32,000 nucleotides of DNA, taken from NCBI GenBank assembly GCA_000503875.1, contig CP006913.1, positions 60,001-92,000 on the forward strand, given 5' to 3'. Positions 11,593 to 22,363 of the stretch are shown here, one piece after another (the first letter of the stretch is position 1; each line of letters begins with the position of its first letter). The stretch comes from Candidatus Saccharimonadota bacterium (GTDB taxonomy: Bacteria; Patescibacteriota; Gracilibacteria; Absconditabacterales; Absconditicoccaceae). Made by a program: the position numbers and the translations under genes. The notes below the pieces were generated by a model. That model was not told the DNA's origin. It saw nothing but the letters and a program-made list of their open reading frames with translations, and did not search any database.

Positions 11593-12672
11593 TTAGTTAA
11601 TAAATACTTCGACAAATGCTTCAGTAAACGTTGGAAGACAAATACTACTACAGAAATGAAAACTTGGATCGTCTCCATTTATCATTCAGTCAGTATCATT
11701 TTCTGTGTCTCCATCATCACATTCTTCAAAACTCATATCATTTGTATCACCATTATAATAAGTTCCAGCTGGCTGTAAAGTTTCATCTCCACATTTCTCT
11801 TTTGATCAGCCAAATCAACTACATGTAGCATTACAGCATCCAAGCGTTCCATTTACACAAGCTGCGCCAGTTTCTGTATTGGAATCACATTTTTCTGCTG
11901 TAAAACCTGTATTTGTCCATACAACAAATCATTGAGCTGTTTGTATTCCTTGTTTTCCATTTGTACTATTTCATCATTCTTTATTCGGATCATCAATTAC
12001 TTTGTCTCAACAAGTTGCCACATAAAAGTTCATACAAATAGTATTTTTAGGTGATGGATTAAATGCGCTGTTGATTTTATAGTTCCAAAGATGCACTCCA
12101 TTGTTTTCATCAAACCATTTGTAAGAAGAGGTTGTCTGTGCTGTTTTGGAGCCTATTTGTTGTTTTGAAATTTGAGCATTTATTTGTGCACTTACTCAAG
12201 TTCTAGTCATTCATCCTGTAGTAGTATACATAGCAGCAAACTGTCTTGCAAATTTTACTTTACTTACTCCTTCTGGTTTTACATTTGAAATATACATAAA
12301 ATTTGGAATAAGTTGGTTAGCTTCGGTTGCAGTAGGGGATGAAGATAGTACTCCATAAGGATTCCAAAGATATATTTTGCTAATATATGGCATATTTTCT
12401 GGTGTATCTGCAATAGGTACTCCAGCAGTTGTTGGATGATTATTGAGATATCGATCTGAAGATTCTCCATCTTTAACAAGGATTCCATATGATATACTTT
12501 GTCCAATATAATGTGCAAGATTTTTATTTTCCTGACATTGTTGAGAAAGTGTATCGCTTATATGTTGATCTACAGGATTATAAGCAAAAACACGAGAAAA
12601 ACCGAAGGTTAAGCTCATGAGTATAACACTATATCACAATATATTTCTAGTCTTTCATATTAAATATTTCAT
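11593..12672 (-). CDS. Secreted Cys-rich protein, 359 aa, paralogous in its central module to the 9710..11563 product
   Basis: Track ORF 12211..12618 extends upstream through two TGAs to ATG 12670-12672, giving MKYLIGKTRNILGYSVILMSLTFGFSRVFA-YN. It extends downstream through multiple TGAs to TAA at 11593-11595, and I checked that frame codon by codon. It contains NFYVATCGDKVIDD..., CVNGTLGCCNATC and FEECDDGDTENDTDG...FCSSIC. Confidence 0.8.
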
Positions 12673-12718
12673 AAAAGAATTTTGTTAGAAGATAATAATT
12701 TTTGTTATGGAATTATAA

Positions 12719-15700
12719 TTATTTTTTCTTTTTCTTTCTCAAATCTTCATTTCATGTTCCTACACCTGTTCAGAAAGATTTAGTTCAGCTTAATGGAGCA
12801 TTTCCATTTCATGGAATTAGTTCGTTAGTAATATCTCCTCATACAGGGATTTCTGTTCCTGTAAAGATAATATTTTCTGTATTTCCGTTCAAAAATTCTT
12901 GGAAAGCAGCCAGGTCATCTGGAATAAATATAGTTTGATTTCCATTTCCATCAATACGTGTATACGACAACCCATCTTCATTTAGCACAAATTGATCTTC
13001 TGGTTGTACCTCAAGTGTGATATCTTTTTCTTCTACAACTTCAGTAGTTACTTTATCTTCTTTTGGTTTTTGTTTTACAAAAGTAAAACTTACTTCTCTA
13101 GTGGCTTTTTGTGCCATATTTGCTCTATTAAGTGTTCCTGTGGTATTGGTTCGAAGTCAAACCATCGGTGGCATAACAGATATTGTTTCATCTATAGGCT
13201 TAGTATTTTTTTCTGTAATTTCAATATTTTCTGGTACAAATCCTATGGATTCATTTGCACATTCTTTGAGTAAATAGAATGTTCGATCTACGTTCAACTT
13301 AATAGTATATATTTTATTATTAATGTCAATAGTAACTTCATTCGGAATCTTATTGGATTTGTTATCTAATGTATATTCAAAAAGAGATTTTATTTTTGTT
13401 CGATTAAGTTTATCAAACAGATTTTGAGGAAGAGTAGGATTGGTCTTCAACATAGCATTGAGCGTATTCTTAAATATTTGTTGTTCTTGTATATTTTTTT
13501 CAAAGTTTGATAAAAACCAATCTCTAGGACGTGTGTCGTTTTCATTTATCTTGGACATATATGTTTTATTTGTTTTTAATACATTGGTATATCCTGGCAA
13601 AGTCATTGATCGATTTTTCGCTTCTTGGTTTGCTCCATTTCTATATCGTGCAGTATATCCAAATATTGGTGCATCTGTCGGTATATCGAAAGGAGTGTGC
13701 TTGTTATCAATAAATTGTTGTCTGAGAGCGTCAATACCGATTTCAGTTGGTACCTTTGAAGATGGACCACTAATTGTCTTTCGTCTATCACCACGTCATG
13801 TTAAAGTATTTACAATATCTCTATGATTATTAAATTTTCCATCATAATTATCTGCAAAAACACTCTTCACATGGTTTACGATTTGCGTTTTTTCCAAAGA
13901 AGTTCATGAAAAAAGTTTAGTTTTCAATGTTGTAATATCTGCGTTGATAGTATAATTTGGTATTTTTTCCAAAAGTTTTATCAAACTTATAGCTGTTTGA
14001 TCTATATTTCTAGAACTAATTCCACTTGCCAAGAAATTTTCAAAATCCATATCCTTTGGATTATCAAGTTTTTTTAATTCAGATTTTATATTTGTTATAG
14101 ACTGTTCAAATGACGTAGTAAGTCTATTGACTGCCTTTATCTCGTATTTACTAACAATATTTGCTTGTTCTTTATAGATAAGTGTATGTTCTCCATTTGT
14201 TGCGTCAGAAAGTGTTTTGGTATATGGAGAAACACTTCCATCTATAGTTACTGTTGTGCGCAAAGGAATATCTGTCAAATCTGCTATAGCGATATTGTTC
14301 TTATCATAGTAAGTAATTTTATTGTTTTGTACCACTACTTTTTCTATAGGAAATAATGAATATTTGTTTTTGAGCGTTGTAATTTTATTATTTAAAGATT
14401 TTTGAATATCAAGAGTCTGATCTGCCAATTCTTTATCTCATAACCAATCTTTTGGAACAGCTCTTCCAATCTTCAATTGAAGATCTTCTTTTTCTGTTTT
14501 CACATCACCAATATTGAGAACATGAATATTGTCTGTTCCTTGTTTTCTTTGCATATGACGAATTGCTATAGATACGGGAATTTGAATAGCTTTTTCATTG
14601 GTCCCTTCTTGAGTAACCTCTTTCAAATATCCTTTTAATGCAGGGTCTATATTGATATTAATATTTCCTTTTTGATACAATGCCTTTGGTAAGATAAAAT
14701 ATTTTCCATCAGAAGACAAAGAAATATTATACTTATTAATAAGTGTTGTTTCGCTATTTACAATTTTTTCTACCTTATCAATAGTTAATGCCTTATTGAG
14801 ATAATCAACAGTACCTTGATGGTTTTCAATATTCTTAAATTCATTTCAAAATCCAGTAGTTTCAGCCATATTATTGCGTTGAATACTTTCTTGGGTATCT
14901 TTGAAATATAAGTTCTTGTATTTTGCTATTTGAACACAAACTGTTGGTATAGGGTAGTATCAAGCCAAAAATTGAACTCACAATGAAGCATTACTAAAAT
15001 GCCAGCGATTGAGTCCCAAAATTTGTTCGTTAGTTCGATTAGTTACATAAAAGTCAGCAACTAATGATGAAAAATGACCAATATTTTCTTGAATACTTTT
15101 ACGATCATTATCGGTAAATCCAAAATAAGTTAGAGCTGTATACATATTATTAGCTGCTTTTTCTATAGTTTCTATATCAGAATTTCCAAATTGTTTTTGA
15201 AGAATTCTTTTAAAAAGTTTGATACTATCAGATTTGCTTCCATCCAATTGATCATAATTTTTGATAAATTCTTGTATTATTGGTTTTACTCAACTTCTTA
15301 TATATTCAGATTGTTCTTCGATTCCTCTCATTTTATCAACACCAAATCCAGCGGTAATTCAAATAGCAGGAATTATACCTCCAATAAGAGTAAGATTTGG
15401 TCCTAATGATACTTTTTTAGCAGAAGAAGCATCAAGGTTTTTCTTATTTTTATTGGTAATCCATTTTTCTGCTCAACCACCAATACTTGCAACAGGTATA
15501 AATCCATTTACAAGCCCCAAAGATGCTCCTGTATATATTGCTGTATTTTCGTCCAAATTAAAATTCTTGTTTCGCGCAAGATGTACACCAAGAACAGAAG
15601 GCGTATCACCTACAAAACCAGTTCCCACATTGATGCTAAGTCCTTGAAGAAGATTATCCAAAGAAACACGAACTCCCGCACCTAATCATTGTTGTTTTGC

Positions 15701-17890
15701 TTGAATCAACGGTGTTGCTATAGCTTGGAAAAGCCCTTCTTTGATGATAGGATCCACATCATATTGTTGTAACTGGTCATCAATATAGGCATGGATTGTT
15801 TTTTTATCTTGATCATTTAAATCATCGATCATTTCTGAATAATGTTTAAACGCATTATTTCATTGTGTCAAAAGAAGATCAGTATCAAGCGGTGATTCCA
15901 AAAGTACTGTTTGTATAAATTTAACAAATCCAGGATCTCTAAATTCGCCAATAAAACTATCAAGCTTTGTAGAATAATCAGCTTGGCTTCCAATTGTATT
16001 TAATATTTTTGCATAATTTTTGAAATTTTTTGTATTTGCATGACTTGTTGCAACATTAATCAGATTTGAGAGAACATTTTCTTCTCAAACTTCATCTATA
16101 GCAGTAGCATAATATGAACGTAATTGTAATCCTGTTCTTACCGCACCATCACCAAAATCAATTCTACCATCTCTATTGAGATCAGTAAGTATATTTACAA
16201 ATTTGTTTTGTTTTTCTTCTAGAGTACCAACTTCTTTTGATGCTTCATAGGTATGTTTAGCATTGGCATATTGTTCGATATTTGTTCCAAGGCGGGTTGC
16301 ATTGAAAAAATGGAGAAATGCTGCTTTTCCATCCGATAATTCATCTATTCCTATATCGCCTGATAGCACTTCATATAAATGATTTTTCTTGCCATCATTA
16401 TCCATAGCTGGTTCTAATTGTTCTACAAGGAAAGTAATAAATTTAGCTTCTTCACCTCTACCTTTCATTACTTCATCTTCATATCATTCTGATCTACTTT
16501 CTTCTACTCTTTTCATATTACTTTCAATTACTTTATTTATATTTAGTTTTTCATTTCGTCTAGACAATTCTTTTGCTGCTTTTTTATCCAAAGATCTAGA
16601 TGTTTTTTCAAGAATATCAAAAGCTTTTCCATGAGTATTTAATGTTCTTTGAAACATATTTCTATTTTCTTTTGCTAATCATGATTCTTTTCTAGATTTA
16701 GCATTATTAATTGTATTATAGATTTCTACAAAGGTAGTATTTGGATTTTTGATAAATTCCTCGGTGAAAAGTTTGATTACACGAGAAAAATATGGATAAT
16801 CATTTGATGGTTTCATAGCGGTAGTAAATAGAACACCAAGTTTAGCTATATTTTCTTCTTCCCCTGATCGGTCAGCATCTGGTCATTGTTGAAAATATAT
16901 TTTTTTAACCTCTTTGATGGCATCTCCAAATGAGTCTAATCAGATATCGGTAATTGTTTTTCTTAGTTCTTTTAGGAGTTTTTTTTCTGATCCTGTAGGT
17001 TTAAAGTTTTGATCAACGAGAAGTAAAGATGCTTCCTTTCCAGAAAGAATTTTTTTGAGAGCTCTTTTGTCTGGTGTATTTTCTGGTAGATCTCAGTCAT
17101 CTTCATCTATATCAAGATAAGATTCTCCTTTATAAAGAATAACATCATTGATAGGGTTGTATATTTTTTCATTAGTTTTTTTGTCTGTGTAATATTGTTG
17201 AATATTTTTATCTAACGCATCAAACAAATTAGTATTGTTAGAATTATTTTCTACAAGTTTATCCTTGTTGTTTGTTTTATTATTTAAATCGTCATCCTTT
17301 TTTAGTCCAGCATTTATTCCTGCTCAATGATATCGACCGTATCACGCAAGATTACCGTCTGTGCTATTATTTGAATTAGAAACAGCACCAAGAACTTCAT
17401 CTTTTAAATAGTTAAGTTCCAATTTGGAAAGATCTATAACGGTCTCTGTTTCAGCAGATATTGTTTCTCTAAAAGCTTCGAAAACTGTTTTAAAAGAGCC
17501 AATTGCATTTGATAAATCTAAATTGTGTTTATATTCTTCTATTTTTTGAGGATTTTGAATGTCTTGTAAAAATCATTTAAACAATGTTTCTATTGCAGAT
17601 TTTTTTTCTTCCTTACTGCTTTGTCCATTTAAAATATCTTTTATAATGTCTTTTTTTTCTATCATATATGCATCAAAAAGCGTATCTGTTATCGTATCCA
17701 AAGATTTAATTTTATCAGAAATTTTAGCATCAAGGTTTTTATCCTTAAACTTTTCGTCAAAGTGAATATTATCGACGGATTGTCCTTTGTCCTTATCCCC
17801 GATAATCTTCTTTAACCAGTCAAGTTCCTGTCTAGTGTTGCCAGTTTCTCTTGAAGGGAGATATTCATTGGCTGAGTAAGTGGTTCCCAT
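12719..17890 (-). CDS. Giant orphan protein, about 1,723 aa, no recognisable signal peptide or known domain
   Basis: Track ORFs 12839..13117, 13157..13606, 13904..14428, 14438..14719, 14978..15247, 15473..15661, 16085..16468 and 17573..17965 all share one frame. I checked every gap between them, and they contain only TGA, never TAA or TAG. A frame open for about 1,700 codons in AT-rich DNA is not expected by chance. The start is placed at ATG 17888-17890 (MGTTYSANEY...). In-frame alternatives are ATG near 17938 and TTG at 17965. The stop is TAA at 12719-12721, after a KKKKK tail. Confidence 0.8.
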
Positions 17891-18045
17891 AATGCGTTGT
17901 ATAAATAAATAGAATATACTAAATCGTAATTGAAACATTGCACATAAAACTTGTGCGGTATACAAATCTAATAATACTCTAAAACAAAAAAACAGCTAAA
18001 AAAACCCAAAAATTCTATAAAATGATAAACCATTTTTTAAAAAAA

Positions 18046-18053
18046 ATTATACA
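18046..18053 (-). promoter_or_regulatory. Candidate extended -10 promoter (TGTATAAT) for the giant-gene unit
   Basis: The complement of 18046-18053 reads TGTATAAT, a perfect TGnTATAAT. It lies in the A-tract-rich divergent intergenic region, about 155 nt upstream of ATG 17890. Confidence 0.4.
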
Positions 18054-18092
18054 ATATCAAAAACAACAAACAAAAAAATACGAAAAACAATC

Positions 18093-18120
18093 TTGACTTT
18101 ATTGTTTAGATTGTTATAAG
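18093..18120 (+). promoter_or_regulatory. Candidate sigma70-type promoter for the 18155..19665 gene pair
   Basis: TTGACT (18093-18098), a 16-nt spacer that includes TG at 18112-18113, then TATAAG (18115-18120). It lies 35 nt upstream of ATG 18155. Confidence 0.5.
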
Positions 18121-18154
18121 AACAAAATCAGATTTTTATTTGTGTCAAAAAGTC

Positions 18155-19165
18155 ATGGTGAAAAAAACTTTGGGAAAAAGTATCTTATTTGTTACGATGA
18201 TAGGGCTTATTTTCTGATGAATAACCAAAGCTGATACAACAATCAAAACGTTTTTTGGTATGTCATGTGAGATTACAAGAATACCTGTTTCTTGAATCTC
18301 CGCAAAAACAATATTTGATCCAAGTCAGTATACAGATGAATTAGCGGCTCTTACTAAAAAATGATACAATAGAATTGATCTTATAAAAGAATTTGTTAAT
18401 GGGGATCAAATGATCAAAGTATTGTTGGGAGAAAAATGTAATCTCCCTGTGTTGAGGATTAATCAAGAAGAATCCGTTAATGATATTTGAATTGATCATA
18501 TTGAAAAAAGAGGAAACAGTTTATTAATGTATGGTGCCAAAGATTGATATGCAACATTGATTGCATGTGATTTAGCTACATTGAAATGAAATTCATACAA
18601 ACCTTTTGACGCCGAGAAACAATCAGTTTCTATAATTTCAACTCCCACTGTAGATTCGACATCATCAACAACAATCCAACAATGAACAAAAGATTTCGAT
18701 AGCAAAACATCGCAATTGTTACAAACACCGTTAGTGTTGGAAAAAAAGAATGTTCATCCTCAGGATGCTTTTCTTTTAATGAAGCAACCAGTATCAAAAA
18801 TAATTACATTTTTTGGAGGGAACTGGAAGCGTGACAGAAAAATATTAGCTGAAACATTAAATATAGCAAATTATATATGAACAAAAGAACAAAATCTTCA
18901 GATTAGAAGCTATCTACTTTCTTATATAACTATTCAATTTGAGGCAATAGAAACTACGGAAATTGAGCTATCGGTACAAGAATACCAGTCAGCTCAACAA
19001 AAAGTTGTTTCTGATCTTGCCAAAATGCGAGGATATACACGAAAGTATGACAGGCGAGTTCTTTTTCAAGAAATAGGCGAAGATATTTCTTCGTATAAAT
19101 GAACAAGAAATCAAAACATAAAAATAAGAAACTATTTATTAACAAAAACCAAAACTAAAAATTAA
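18155..19165 (+). CDS. Hypothetical secreted or membrane-anchored protein, 336 aa
   Basis: The plus frame was checked line by line. It has 10 in-frame TGAs and no TAA or TAG until 19163-19165, so the standard-code track shows no plus-strand ORF here. The N-terminus is MVKKTLGKSILFVTMIGLIFGGITKA-DT (signal or anchor). I recognised no domain. Confidence 0.75.
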
Positions 19166-19170
19166 ACTAT

Positions 19171-19665
19171 ATGTCAACATCAATCATTTATGATCAAGGG
19201 AGCTCAAAAGATATGATCCCTTTTGTTGGTCTTTTCGCTGATAAGGAAGAAGTACGCAAAAAACTTCTTGAAATATGTGAATTAGATTCTGCGCTGGATA
19301 CTACTGCAAAAATTCCTGCAGTAAACAATCCAACATTTGTCTTTATTTCTGGAAATTCTAGATTTGAAGATTCAAAATATTTGAAGAAATTTTACAATGA
19401 TCTTCTTGAATTAATCAAGGATCAATGGGTAAAGGCAGATCAAAATCTGATTTTGGTAGTGATATTGGAATATTTTAATTCAGGATCGGGTAAAACAATA
19501 GGAGATCTTTTTACTGAATTAAATAACTTTTTTGGAAACCGCTTCCATATAGTATGGTTAGCGGATGATGAGAATTATGTAGGCGCTGGAGAGGATTATA
19601 AAGAAATCTTAGAGAAAGAATCTTTTTTAATCGAAGAGGTTATTATAAAGCCAAAGAAAAAATAA
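19171..19665 (+). CDS. SiaC/DUF1987-like protein with an N-terminal extension of about 50 aa, 164 aa
   Basis: Intact track ORF with no TGA, starting 5 nt after the upstream stop. The pattern FVFISGNSRFEDSKYLKKFYNDLLELI...LILVVILEYFNSGSGKTIGDLFTEL...HIVWLADDENYVGAGEDYKEIL...FLIEE matches my recollection of the DUF1987 consensus (I.G.S.PE..FY.P...W....L.YFNTSS.K......L....V.W.Y..D.D....GE.F....F). The family assignment is from memory, not from a search. Confidence 0.8.
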   Translation: MSTSIIYDQGSSKDMIPFVGLFADKEEVRKKLLEICELDSALDTTAKIPAVNNPTFVFISGNSRFEDSKYLKKFYNDLLELIKDQWVKADQNLILVVILEYFNSGSGKTIGDLFTELNNFFGNRFHIVWLADDENYVGAGEDYKEILEKESFLIEEVIIKPKKK

Positions 19666-19673
19666 GAGAATTT

Positions 19674-19706
19674 AAAAGGAAGTTGTATTAACTTCCTTTT
19701 TTTTTG
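19674..19706. terminator. Hairpin terminator shared by convergent genes
   Basis: AAAAGGAAGTT (19674-19684), loop GTATT, AACTTCCTTTT (19690-19700), then a T-run on the plus strand. The TAA of the convergent minus-strand gene (19688-19690) lies in the loop/stem. Confidence 0.7.
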
Positions 19707-20149
19707 TTTTTTTGAGCTATGAGATTATCTAGTATAGCATTTGCAACAGACATTTCTTTTTGAGCATCAAACATATCTTCTATTTGTTGTTCGTCTGTTA
19801 AATTTCCTTTGTTAGCAATATTTGACCTAAAGATTCTATTAGATAATCAAAACCAGGCATCAGCTTTCGGATAGTTATTTAGTTTTTTATAAAAACGTTT
19901 GTTTAATGTTTCTTCATTTTCTTTTGATGGTATAGTAGGTACAGCCATATCAAGTATAGGTATATAGATTCCTCTATTTGCTTCATCAGACATAGTAAAT
20001 GCATCCATAACATCTTGATGAATGTTATTGAAATTTTCTAAATGTTCTATAGCAGATCTTCTCAAGAGAGATGCTAAATGTTGAAAAGATCTTTGTTGTT
20101 TTTCATTTAAACGAATATGAGATGATGGGGTATTATTAGGTAAATTCAT
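19688..20149 (-). CDS. Hypothetical protein, 153 aa
   Basis: Track ORF 19847..20149 extends through TGA at 19847-19849 to TAA at 19688-19690 (...ADAWF-G-LSNRIFRSNIANKGNLTDEQQIEDMF...AQKNKKKGS). It starts 14 nt after the ftsK stop, so it is probably co-transcribed. Confidence 0.65.
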
Positions 20150-20163
20150 GTGTTATAATAATT

Positions 20164-22299
20164 CTATAAAAATATATCTCTAGGTTTTGCTCAATCTTGT
20201 GGTCCAATGAGACCTCTTTCTTCCATTTGATCCATAATTCTCGCTGCACGAGCAAACCCTACTCAAAGTTTCCTTTGTAAAAGAGTTGCAGAGGCTTTCC
20301 TTGTTTCTGAAATCACTTGGATAGCTTGTTCTATAAGTTCATCATCATCTCAATTACCACCTCCAAAAAGATTATCTCATGTTTCAAATTTACTTTCTAG
20401 CATTTGGACGATTTCTGGGTTATAGATATCTTCTTCAGTAAGTCAACCCATGTATTTATTTTTGAGCGTTTGAACCACTTTTTCGATTTCTTCAGTAGAG
20501 ACAAAAGGCGCTTGAATTCTAATTGGATGTTTAGTAGAAGGATCTATATAGAGCATATCTCCTTTTCAAAGTAATGTTTCTGCTCATTTTCTGCCCAAAA
20601 TTGTTCTACTATCAATCTCAGAAACAACACCAAATGCCATTCTTGTAGGAATATTTGCTTTGATAAGCCCAGTAATAACATTTACTGAAGGTCTTTGCGT
20701 AGCTACAATCAGGTGAATTCACACAGCACGGGCTTTTTGGGCTATACGCGTGATACATGTTTCTACATCTTTTTTATTACCAGACATCATCATATCTGCC
20801 AATTCATCTATAACAAATACAATACGATACATTTTTTCTCCAATAATTTTACTATTATATTCATCAATATTTTTGACTCTTTTTTCTTTGAGAATTGAAT
20901 ATCTTTTCTCCATTTCATTAACCGACCACTTCAAAAGTTTCAATGCTTTTTCTGATTCAAATACAATAGGCGCCAATAGATAAGGTAGTCCTGAATATAA
21001 TTCTAATTCAACTTGTTTAGGGTCAACCATCAGAAATTTTAATTCAGAAGGTGTATTTTGATACATAAGACTCAAAATAAAATCATTTACTCCAACTGAT
21101 TTTCCAGATCATGTTGCTCCCGCAACAAGAAGATGTGGCATAGATTCCAATGTTTTGATAATAATGGAACCATCAATTGCTTTACCAAGCGTCAAATTTG
21201 TATCAGAACTTTTGGTTGCATCTTGAAATTCATTTGTGGAAAGAATATCTGCCACTTTTACCATAGATGGTTTTGGATTTGGAATTTGGATTCCCACGCA
21301 ATCTGTTCATGGGATCGGTGCTATTATTCTAAGTGATTTAGATTTCAAAGAAAGAGCGATATCATTAGTTAGTCATTCAATAGTAGCTATCTTAATTCAC
21401 GATTCTGGTTTAATTCTTATTTGGACTATAGATGGTCATATATCAAATCATTCAATCAGAATAGGCACATTAAATTCTAATAGTTTACTTTGTAAGGATT
21501 TTGCTTTTTCCATAAGGAATGCTTCATCAATGGCTATTTTTTGGTCTCCAGCTTCCAGAATATTTAGCATAAATGTTGGTTTCTCTCCAGAGAAACTAAT
21601 CATAGGTCTTGGTTTTCTTTCTTTTTCTTGAAGTTTTTCGTCTATTTTTCTTTTGAGAAGAGTTGATACAAAAGAGCGAGATATATTTTGAGGAGTATAT
21701 TCTTCTTCATCATCATCTTCGTCAATTTTTTGTTTTGGAATTTTTTTTGCAATGTCATGATCTTGCTGTCTAATTGGTTTGTTTGGTTTTAGCTCTTCTT
21801 TAATATTGATATTTATTCTTGGCAACGAGAAATTGAAGGCATACAAAAGCCGCCCCACCAAGAGAATTAATAAAATAATAATAAACACTTTAACCGCCAA
21901 AGCATTGCTTCCAAAGACAGTATCCAAAAGATAAATCAGTGGCCAGGAAATATATCATCAAAGTTTTTCGTACTGTGTAGAATCTCAATCTATGATAGGG
22001 AAATTCAAAACAGCGGAAATTAAAATCATTATAACAAGAAATTGTTTTATCAAGAGCTTAATAAGATGTCCTTTGGACAAAATCATTATTCCTACAAAAA
22101 TACAAAGTCCAAAAAAAAGGAGTAATCCAATTTCACCAAATGGTATACTAGCGTATTCTTTTAAAAAAACAAAAAGAGGAGAGCTTTCTGCCAAATAAAA
22201 TGAAAAAAAGAATATTCATCCCAACGCGATGAAAGAAACTCAGAGTTTATATTTGTTGAGAATTATGCTTTTGCTTTTTCTTCTTTTCCCCAAAACATC
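20164..22299 (-). CDS. ftsK: DNA translocase FtsK (N-terminal TM domain, acidic linker, RecA-like motor, gamma winged helix), 711 aa
   Basis: Track ORFs 20719..21075, 21109..21297, 21448..21927 and 21985..22194 share a frame, and all gaps were checked. The Walker A is [17 protein letters not shown], with the Gly encoded by TGA at 21109-21111. Also present are [22 protein letters not shown] and the gamma domain [26 protein letters not shown]. The stop is TAG at 20164-20166. The start at ATG 22297-22299 is the first ATG after the upstream TAG and is moderately certain. Confidence 0.9.
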
Positions 22300-22363
22300 A
22301 CAAAAAAAATAAAGAGTAATAGGTAATATGTATCTATTTTTTAAAAATTTTCAACATGAAATG

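Noticed and set aside
17891-17965. Upstream in-frame starts for the giant orphan gene (TTG at 17965, used by the track, and ATG near 17938).
   Set aside because: They cannot be excluded. The extra residues (…FQLRFSIFYLFIQRI) are hydrophobic and could be real. I chose the last ATG before clearly protein-like sequence, so the start remains uncertain by up to 25 codons.
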